Below, piece after piece: positions 55,829 through 64,000 of a stretch of 64,000 nt of DNA. Origin of the DNA: Corallochytrium limacisporum Hawaii (lineage: Eukaryota; Protista; Pluriformea); NCBI GenBank assembly GCA_002811645.1, contig PDIP01000011.1, forward strand, positions 190,435-254,434, read 5' to 3'. A model generated the notes under the pieces. The model had not been told where the DNA came from. It searched no databases and worked only from the letters and a program-made list of their open reading frames with translations. Each line of letters starts with the position of its first letter. Position 1 is the first letter of the stretch. The translations under genes were made by a program, and so were the position numbers.

Positions 55829-57061
55829 ATGAAGTCTTTGAAGAAAGCCTTGGGCATGGGAGACAGTGGCTCCGGTCACAGGCACACAGACAAGGACTTT
55901 GATAAGAAGTACGCCATTGGTAAACTACTCGGTGATGGATCCTTTGCCGTTGTACATGAAGTAATGGAGCGGGAGACCAAGAAGAAGTACGCAATCAAGG
56001 TCATTGACAGGAAACTGTGCAAAGGGAAAGAGGCAGTGATTCAGTCCGAGGTGGACATTATGCGGAAGGTCAAACATCCGCTGATTGTTCAACTCTACGA
56101 AGAATTCGACCTCAAGGACCGTTTGGTCTTGGTACTGGAGCTTGTGACCGGTGGTGAGCTATTTGATCGCATTATCAATGAAGGATCTTTCACTGAGAAG
56201 CGTGCGTCCAAGATTTCCAAGCAGATTATCGAAGCCATGGCGTACCTCCACTCTATGGACATTGTGCACCGTGACCTGAAGCCGGAGAACATTCTCTTTG
56301 CGACCAAGGCTAAGGACAGCGATGTGAAGATTGCCGATTTTGGGCTCTCCAAGCTCGTCAATGACGACACTGCATTGCAGACCGCGTGCGGCACCCCGAA
56401 CTATGTAGCGCCAGAGATATTGAGGCAGCAAGGGTACGGCAAACCCATTGACATGTGGGCCTGCGGTGTTATCATTTACATTATTCTGTGCGGTTACCCT
56501 CCATTCTATCACGAGAATGACAACCGCCTGTACCGCATCATCATGAAGGGCAAATTTGAATACGACCCAAAGTACTGGAAGGACATCAGTGATTCGGCCA
56601 AGGACTTGATCAACAAGCTCTTGGTTGTGAATCCATCGAAACGATTGTCTGCCGAGGAGGCACTCGAGCATCCGTGGATTGCGGGCGATGTTGCCCCCGA
56701 CACGCAGCTGCCAGACGTCTCCGACAACTTGCGCAGATTCAACGCAAAGAAGACTTGGCAGAAGGCAGGCGGTGCCGTACGGGCGGCGAATTTGATGAAG
56801 CGCCTTGCGGACGCACGGCAATCGGTGGATAGTACGATCATCTCTGGAGAGCAAGGTACGTCGAGCGCTTCAGACATTGCCAACAACGAGGACAGCGGCG
56901 ACAACGCCGACAAGAAGGGTAGCAGTGACAACCTTGACGATGACGCCAAGCAGGGCAGCACTGACAACAACCACGAAGTCAGCGCCACAACAATGGAGAC
57001 GAACACTGCTGGAGGGGATGCCATGGAGACAACCACGGAAACAAATGAGCAAAAGCAGTGA
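55829..57061 (+). CDS. CAMK1: CaMKI-like Ca2+/calmodulin-dependent protein kinase, copy A, acidic C-tail
   Basis: LGDGSFA, AIK, HRDLKPEN, DFG, TACGTPNYVAPE, regulatory FNAKKTW; first ATG at 55829 (the ORF track starts at a TTG). Confidence 0.95.
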   Translation: MKSLKKALGMGDSGSGHRHTDKDFDKKYAIGKLLGDGSFAVVHEVMERETKKKYAIKVIDRKLCKGKEAVIQSEVDIMRKVKHPLIVQLYEEFDLKDRLVLVLELVTGGELFDRIINEGSFTEKRASKISKQIIEAMAYLHSMDIVHRDLKPENILFATKAKDSDVKIADFGLSKLVNDDTALQTACGTPNYVAPEILRQQGYGKPIDMWACGVIIYIILCGYPPFYHENDNRLYRIIMKGKFEYDPKYWKDISDSAKDLINKLLVVNPSKRLSAEEALEHPWIAGDVAPDTQLPDVSDNLRRFNAKKTWQKAGGAVRAANLMKRLADARQSVDSTIISGEQGTSSASDIANNEDSGDNADKKGSSDNLDDDAKQGSTDNNHEVSATTMETNTAGGDAMETTTETNEQKQ

Positions 57062-57530
57062 CTGGACGATATCATTCTTGTGGATCAAGGAAGGGCACAC
57101 ACATGTACGACAGGGATACGTACACCAGTTGCGAGTCCACCGATTCCCTCATCGTGTTAAAACTTTACTTCTTTCTGTTTATAAGCTCATTCTAGAGCAT
57201 CGTCATCAATATGTTTCGTGCAGTCATGCTGTCCTGAACGGGAACCAGAGAAACTCCCACAGCACCCAAGGCACCGCGACTCGCACCCGCACCGGGGTCC
57301 ATCTTAGGCACCGGGCCCCCGTCCAGCTGGCCCCCCCTCCTCGGAGGGCTCTTCTTTAATTTCATATACTCCATTCTAGAATCTTCTAAAATTCTTCACA
57401 TGCCTTTCTTACCCGCAAGAGGGAAAATTAGGCCCCTCCCCTCCCCTTACATTCAGTACCGTTCGGTCATTCCACCTCTCTGATTGGCTGAAAAAGACCC
57501 CAGGGGAAGATCAGAAAAAGAAAGGAAGGG

Positions 57531-57915
57531 TTGCGAGAGAGTGAGACTCCCAAAAAAAGCTTTCAAAAAGAAAAAGAAAAAATAAACGAGAAAGATTTGG
57601 GAGCGAGAGAGAGAGGGATAGAGAGAGAGAGAGAGAGAGGGGTCAGAAAGAAGGAACAAGAAAAACAAAAACAAAACCAAAGAAGAAAAGGAACGTGGAG
57701 TACCTTGGGTTGGGAGGGAGAGGAAGAGGCAGAGGGGGGAGGGGAAAGAAGAAAGAGAAAGACAAACCGGAGAGGACGACGAGGAGGAGGATAAAAGGTA
57801 AAACGAGGGAGGGAGGAGGGACATTTTGTTCCAAGGGAGGAGGAGCGATCGTAGCGATGGGGGCCGGGGTAACGACGACGAAAGACGAAGAGAGAGAGAG
57901 CGAGAGACACAGAGC

Positions 57916-57946
<31 letters not shown>

Positions 57947-57962
57947 TCGGGAAAAAGAAAAG
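57531..57962. repeat. Long polypurine/(GA)n-rich low-complexity tract
   Basis: About 430 bp strongly A/G-biased on the + strand, with several GA runs. Confidence 0.8.
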
Positions 57963-59960
57963 ATCGGGACGAGCATACACCAAAGATCCTCTGCTCATAC
58001 AGCCGACCGCAAACATACGCAAAACCTACAGCTCCGAACATGGTCCGCAGCGCTCACAGAGCCCAATAGGCAAATGAGAAGCCCTGCGCTCCCCACTCCG
58101 GACTGTTCAGAACCCATAAAAAAGTGTGGATCATAGCCCACACCAAGAGGAACCCTTGGTTGTCACGATCGACGGGTAGTGGCCAACCTGACTCCCGACT
58201 TTCTCCCGTTGGACATTGCGATTCGCACACACGCTTGCTTCCGGCCAACGTACGTACCTACCGTAGATCCGTTCCCCTTATCATCGCCCAACCAGGGGTA
58301 ACCATACAGCCAACCACCACACAGCCAACCGGGCGGGCACCCTCTGCGGGAGGCGGGCAAAGCCACGGAAGATCAAGCAATGAACGGCCTACTAGCTGTC
58401 ATCCACCACCATCCAGCGGCATCATCGAAAATAAACCAGATAGATCATGATGATGGTGCATGATACATGTTCACCGAATGTCAAAACTCATTCCGATGGC
58501 GTGATGATAGTATGCTGCTCTGGTACGTAGTTTTCGATCGACTCGCCATGGCCCGTACCAACTTGTTGCGTTCCTTGTTCCGTCCTTCGGCCTCTCTCTC
58601 TCCCTCTCTCTCTCTCTCTCCCCTTCCACCATTGCCCACGCGACCGGTCCCGCCGCCGGTGGCGGTCTCCAAACCACCTCTCCCCCCTTCCCCTCCTCAA
58701 ACGCTAACAAAACCAAAGATAGAGAAAAAAACAAACAAAAAAGAAATGGAAAAGGAAAAGTTGAAACCTGCGGTGGCCCCCAAACTCCGCCGCGGGGGGG
58801 GGGTTGGTTCTCCCCAATCAACCGTTTTTCCTTCCTTCCTTCCGACCCTCCCTTCTCCTCCATTCGATGATTTCAGATACAAATTCAAGTATCTCATATA
58901 AAATATACTGCATAATTGTTCCTCTTTGATCGCGTTCTCGGCCGATCGTCTCGGTTCCTCGTTTCGCCCCGATCGATATCCCCCGCCGGGGGGGGGGGTA
59001 GGGCCCCTGTGTGTTTGTGTGTGCTGCGGCCCTCTGAGATCCATTTTTTCATTTTTTTCTCTGTTTCTGCCCCTAATCTTTTTGCGTCGCTTGCGCCGCG
59101 CGACTCACCGAACCTTCCTTTTCGTTCGTTCCTTCCTTCGTTCGTTCGCTATTCGTTCTTGGCCCGGCCTTCTCCCTGCACTCCGTCTCTCTCTCTCTCT
59201 CTCTCCCTCTCTCTCGCGCTCTCCTCGGTTGACTCTGCGGCGTCCCGGGGCAACTCTCTGGCCGTTTTCCCTTGCTGCGATTGGCCCATTCGGACTCGCG
59301 GCGGGTCTGGGCGAAGGAAAAACGCTGCAAAGCGTCGAAGAAAAAAAATAAACGGCCCAAATTAAAAAAAAAGAAAAGAAAAGAAATAAAGAAAGAACAA
59401 AGGAAAATTAGAAAGGAAAGACCCCTGTGGCCAGGAAATCGAAACTACTAGTTTTTTTTTATCTTTTCTTTTCTAGCATCTCCCGAACCGTGGAGCGTGG
59501 GCCACTGTTCCTTTGCTCACGGCAGTGTGTGGCCAGGGAAATGGAGAAGAACTGTCGAAGCGGAAGCCCGGGTTTTGGTTGGTGGGGGTTGGGCGGTTGG
59601 TGAGAAATGAGAGAAGTTTTCTTGCAATTTTTCTACCGCACCAAACACCCGCCCGCACATGGCTCCGTGTCACCGTTCGTTTTCTCCGGTGAAGAATGGA
59701 TAGAAAGAGAGTAGAGAGAGAGTAGAGAGAGAGGGAGAGAGCTACGGGCGGGTGCGCAGAGAGAGGCCTGCAGGAATTTTGCCCCATTTTTTTCTTTCCT
59801 TTTCTTTGCTCTCTCTCTCTCTCTCTCTCGCTCTCTCGCTCTTGCTTCAGCGTTTCCCGGCTTTGTCTGCCCTTTCTTTTTTTCTGTTTTGGATCCATTC
59901 TTTTAAAAACTCCGGTGTCGGTCACTTTCTTCTCTCCGCGCGTATCGCCTTGGAAAGGCC

Positions 59961-59962
<2 letters not shown>

Positions 59963-60033
<71 letters not shown>

Positions 60034-60097
60034 AGAGTGTGAGAGAGAGAGAGAGAGAGGGAGAGGGAGACAGAGAGAGAGGGTGTGTGTGTGTGTG
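59963..60097. repeat. (GA)n microsatellite (perfect 59963-60023, imperfect to ~60081) followed by (GT)n
   Basis: Read directly from the sequence. Confidence 0.95.
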
Positions 60098-60680
60098 GGC
60101 CGCACCTTGGATTTTGGAGTGTGTGGTGAGTGTGCTGATCAGGAGAATGGTTGTCACATCGAAACTCTGGAGCATACACGAACGTTTTCTCGTGGTCTCT
60201 GTGGGGTATTTGACAGCTTGTGCCATAAGTCATGAAGAAAGAACGGTCGATAAGTAAGGTGTGTACAGTGACCACAAGTCACTTCTGGAACCAAGAGATC
60301 GGGGAGTGCACCAGGGAAACGGTGGAAAAGACACAGTCATTTGCGCCCCTGTTGCTCGTATTCTTGCAAGCACGACTCAAGGCTGTTTAGCAACTACGGT
60401 CAACACGGATTGAGAGAGAGAGAGAAATATCAGGATCTAGTTTGGAATAGTTTGACAGATTAGCAAGGTGGATGCACCATGGCATAGAGTGAAACTGTGG
60501 AAAAGTGAGAGGAGTACGTGGCGTTTAAAAGTAATAGCGAGAGAGTTTTCGTAACAGTCTGCCTTGTTCTTGACAGAAATTTTCCTGTTTGACTGGGTTA
60601 TAGGTAGATACGGTAGCGACACTGTAGGTTCACGGTAATAGGAGTAAACAACACCGACTGACACAGACAACAGAGCAACA

Positions 60681-61703
60681 ATGTCCCTCGCCAAACTCAC
60701 GAAAAAGCTGGGCAAGTACCGCCCCAGACACGGCAAGACAGATATCGAAAAGGTCTACAAGTTTGGCAAGGAACTAGGCACAGGATCTTTCGCGGTGGTG
60801 CGCCTGGGCACCCGCAAGGATAATGGTCAGAAGGTCGCGCTTAAAATCATTGACAAAACACTCTGTGTGGGCAAGGAGGCCATGATTGAGACTGAGGTAG
60901 CTGTCATGCGCAAGGTCTCTCATCCGCACATAGTAAAACTAATCGAAGAGTATGACACAGAGGACAAACTGTATCTTGTGCTGGAGTACGTGAGTGGTGG
61001 TGAATTATTTGATCGGATAGTCGAGGACGGAAATTTTACGGAAAAAGACGCCGCACGAATCACAAGGCAAATGACAGAGGCAGTCAAACATCTTCATGAC
61101 CTGGACATTGTCCACCGAGACTTGAAACCGGAGAATATTTTATTCAGCGATCCGTCGGCCTCCGCCGACGTAAAGGTGGCCGATTTCGGTCTGTCCAAGC
61201 TTGTCAATGACGACATTGTGCTGCAGACAGCGTGTGGCACCCCCAACTATGTGGCACCAGAAATTCTTAGGCAGCAGGGCTACTCTAAACCTATCGACAT
61301 GTGGAGCATTGGCGTGATTGCGTACATCATGCTGTGCGGATATCCTCCGTTTTATGATGAGAGTGATCCAGTGCTCTTCCAGAAGATCATGAAAGGCCGC
61401 TTCGAGTTTAATCAGTCATATTGGCGCCACATTAGCAGCCAGGCCAAGGATCTCATTTCACGACTGCTCATTGTTAAACCAGACCAGCGATTGACTGCGG
61501 ACCAAGTCCTGCAGCACCCATGGATCAGGGGCGGGGCACCGGCAGTGAACATCTCTGAGTCCCTGAGCCAGAATTTGGAGGACTACAACGCCAAACGGGC
61601 TCTGCGTAAGAACATGAAGGCTGTGCAAGAGGCCAACCAGGCACGGAATCTGAACCCAGCCCGGAATGATTTGCAGAGCGTTGGGGATCTTCGCCCGATC
61701 TGA
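60681..61703 (+). CDS. CAMK1: CaMKI-like kinase, copy B (tandem paralog)
   Basis: LGTGSFA, HRDLKPEN, DFGLSKLVNDD..LQTACGTPNYVAPEILRQQGY shared with copy A. Confidence 0.95.
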   Translation: MSLAKLTKKLGKYRPRHGKTDIEKVYKFGKELGTGSFAVVRLGTRKDNGQKVALKIIDKTLCVGKEAMIETEVAVMRKVSHPHIVKLIEEYDTEDKLYLVLEYVSGGELFDRIVEDGNFTEKDAARITRQMTEAVKHLHDLDIVHRDLKPENILFSDPSASADVKVADFGLSKLVNDDIVLQTACGTPNYVAPEILRQQGYSKPIDMWSIGVIAYIMLCGYPPFYDESDPVLFQKIMKGRFEFNQSYWRHISSQAKDLISRLLIVKPDQRLTADQVLQHPWIRGGAPAVNISESLSQNLEDYNAKRALRKNMKAVQEANQARNLNPARNDLQSVGDLRPI

Positions 61704-62004
61704 GACCTGGAATGGACCAACACACCACAGAACAAAGTAAAATGAAAAAAACATCTTTTATTACCATCTATTAGAACGGGCTTGCAGGACCTTTCCCTTC
61801 GCAGGAGACAGTCAACCAGGGTCATACTTCTTATCGTCCTGATTTTCATTTTCGAACATTATTTTAAAAAGCTAAATTCTATTCATTGCAATGTGAAAAG
61901 TTGTCTCGGCTACGTATCGGCACTCTCGAGGAGTGTTCTGGTCGGTGGCTGACGAACCTCTTTGACAAATATTGCCAGGGGTCCCCAATCAAGTCAAGGG
62001 GGGT

Positions 62005-64000
62005 TCACCGTTGGTACGTAGGCCGTTGCACCGCCGATCGGTGCCGGCTCGGCCTCGGTGGTGGCACCGGTTTACCGTCCGGGCCCACCAACTGTGCAGC
62101 GGCCGCATCGTCAGTAGTGACACCCACCGCTGGCAGAGACCGTGCCGGTCCCACTGAGGCGAGGTCGGCTGCCGCTTCCTCAGACTTCAGTTGCGCAGCC
62201 ACGGCGTGGCCTTGCGCAGTAGAGAGTGTGTGGCCCCGCGTCCGCTGGGGCGGCGGAGGCGGGCGTTGCACTGCGCCGGCCACCGCAGCTGATCCTGCAC
62301 CTGAGAGGTCCGGAGCACTGCTGCCAACAGCCCCCGCCGTGGAGCGCGGAGGCAGCGGAGGCGCTACAGCAGCAGAGACCCGCGCCGTAACGTCGCCGCT
62401 GGCTGACGGGTCAGCCATGCGATTCGGCTCGCGGGGACTGGCCCGGCGGGTTGGTCGGCGCACTGACCCATGCATTCCGCTGCCGTGATCACCAGGATCT
62501 GCGGAAACTGAACGCGCCGAAATCGAGGCACTGCCACCGGAGTCCATCGCACGTGACCGCAACGGTGACGATTCGGCCGGTACACCGGCACCCAAACTCG
62601 GGTCCTCCAGGGAAACCGCACGGTTTAGTCCCCCGGGCATGGATCGGGCCGCCGCGGCGTTCGACGCAGTGACTGACGAGCGCATACCACCAGTACTTCC
62701 CACAGAGTCCAAGTCTGCCGTGCTGCGTCCATGCTTGGCTAGAATCTGCTGTGTAAGTTCCTGGAGCATTTCCTGGGATCCTTCAAACTGGGGTCCTCGG
62801 TTGCCGGCAGCGCTGCCTCTGCCACGCATCGTGGCAAAGTGCGGTGGTACCTTCGGTGGCCCAACCGATTCATCACTGCGCGTCCGGTGTGCAGCTGCGC
62901 TGATGGGGTCTAACGATCCTGTGGTCTCCGGAGCCACGCCGTCTGCTCCCGAATTCTCGCGAGACGGCCGCGTACGCCGAGGACTGGCCACGGGCGAGGA
63001 TTCCTCAGGGGTTCGGGCTCCTGTGGCCGCCGTTAATCCCACACCTGCGGCTGCAACCGCTGCGCCTTCTCCACTGCCACCGGCGCTTGACATCGTCGTC
63101 GCAACCGATGTCTTGGGAGTGTCTGTGTCAATGTCCACACTACTGTCCATGTCCCGCACAGAAGGCCGCGTCTTCGGCGGCAATTGGGGTTTCAAAGCTT
63201 GGGGCAGTCCTCTTCCGGCTTCTTCGCGCAAAGCAGTCGAGGACGAAGCCGCGCTAACTGTACCCGTCCGACTGCTCGCTGCAGACGCAGTTGCCGAAGA
63301 ATTGGTGGTCTTTAGCATGCCCGAACCGGTGGCCGATGGAGCCTTGGCCTGGGACGCAAGGTTGGGCATAGATCCACCAAGGGACGCTGTGCCGTCGAGG
63401 GTAGTACTGCTGGGCAAATCCTCATCGTCACCGGGAGCTGTTGCGGCTTCACCAATCCCGTAGCTCCTGGGAAGCTTAACACTCACATCTTCGTGCTCCA
63501 CGTAATCCTCGGTCTCTTCGTCAAGGTCACCTCCAGTGGGCAAAGCAAAGTCCGCATCGTCTTCGACTCCAAAGTTCTCGAGGAAATCAAACTCCGCGAG
63601 TGCGGTGACCACTTCAACGTCCTGGAAAAAGTCACGGTATGTGTCTTTGAAAGTGCCTTCTTGGAAGGAATCCCCAAGCACGTCGACAGATTCAGTGTGG
63701 TGGGGTTCGTGATCCGACTCGTCATCCTCGTGTCCTTTCTCTGGACCGTGGTCAAGATCATCCGCGTCTGCGGCACGTTCGTTGTGGTCTGCCCCAATGG
63801 TCGAGTCTTCCGAGATGAGATCTGCTGGGATGGTGTTGCCCTCCTCCTGCTTGGCACGGTACTCATCAAAACCATGATCCTCATCAGGATGCGATCCGAC
63901 CGGGGACAGCACACGTTCTGTCAGTGTACGCCGTGTGTCGTCGTCTTGGCGGTCAGAACCGTCCACGTTCTTCTTGGATGGATCAGTGCTTACTAACACT
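62005..64000 (-). CDS. 3' part of a large protein (acidic, then Ser/Ala/Pro-rich disordered tail); 5' end outside the window
   Basis: 664 codons open to the window edge; PxxP-rich motifs (PPPPPQR, PVPPPRP); short ALAEFDFL motif. Confidence 0.8.
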   Translation of the reverse strand, partial: VLVSTDPSKKNVDGSDRQDDDTRRTLTERVLSPVGSHPDEDHGFDEYRAKQEEGNTIPADLISEDSTIGADHNERAADADDLDHGPEKGHEDDESDHEPHHTESVDVLGDSFQEGTFKDTYRDFFQDVEVVTALAEFDFLENFGVEDDADFALPTGGDLDEETEDYVEHEDVSVKLPRSYGIGEAATAPGDDEDLPSSTTLDGTASLGGSMPNLASQAKAPSATGSGMLKTTNSSATASAASSRTGTVSAASSSTALREEAGRGLPQALKPQLPPKTRPSVRDMDSSVDIDTDTPKTSVATTMSSAGGSGEGAAVAAAGVGLTAATGARTPEESSPVASPRRTRPSRENSGADGVAPETTGSLDPISAAAHRTRSDESVGPPKVPPHFATMRGRGSAAGNRGPQFEGSQEMLQELTQQILAKHGRSTADLDSVGSTGGMRSSVTASNAAAARSMPGGLNRAVSLEDPSLGAGVPAESSPLRSRAMDSGGSASISARSVSADPGDHGSGMHGSVRRPTRRASPREPNRMADPSASGDVTARVSAAVAPPLPPRSTAGAVGSSAPDLSGAGSAAVAGAVQRPPPPPQRTRGHTLSTAQGHAVAAQLKSEEAAADLASVGPARSLPAVGVTTDDAAAAQLVGPDGKPVPPPRPSRHRSAVQRPTYQR

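Noticed and set aside
57059-57160. TGA-CTG stop context of CaMKI copy A as a readthrough signal
   Set aside because: The extension ends in PSSC with no PTS1 or other motif, and the context is weaker than TGA-CTA
1-64000. CRISPR arrays, transposases/retroelements, rRNA, prokaryotic operons
   Set aside because: No regularly spaced repeats, no RT/integrase/DDE motifs and no rRNA signatures; all identified genes are eukaryotic

Overview
Gene-dense, apparently intron-free eukaryotic nuclear DNA with 17 complete single-ORF genes and one gene cut by the right edge. The gene set is animal-like (SPG7-type paraplegin, HSD17B4-type MFE-2 with SCP2, CaMKI, GMPR), which suggests an intron-poor unicellular holozoan such as Corallochytrium; this is inference only. 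Genes in order: LRR protein, MFE-2 with two SCP2 domains, BRCA2, a small PPxY membrane protein, PDS5, a degenerate GH38 mannosidase II-like protein, cytochrome b5, paraplegin, GMP reductase, GH47 mannosidase, a 145-aa protein, a TAF1C/Rrn6-like protein, a PTS1-bearing carnitine acyltransferase, PEX11, an LRR+SAP protein, two tandem CaMKI-like kinases and a partial low-complexity protein. The strongest leads are: (i) linked BRCA2 and PDS5 genes whose upstream regions carry the same animal-type CDE/CHR (DREAM) element CGCGR-N4-TTTGAA; (ii) a ~205-nt, almost fully base-paired candidate ncRNA at 13564-13767 that I cannot assign to a known family; (iii) a GH38 pseudo-enzyme; (iv) unusual domain architectures (double SCP2; 3xLRR + 2xSAP); (v) recurrent intergenic motifs (AAAT(T)AGGCCCC, CnGn tracts, GA/CT microsatellites). 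I found no rRNA, tRNA, CRISPR array or transposase. All family calls come from motif recognition by eye, not database searches.
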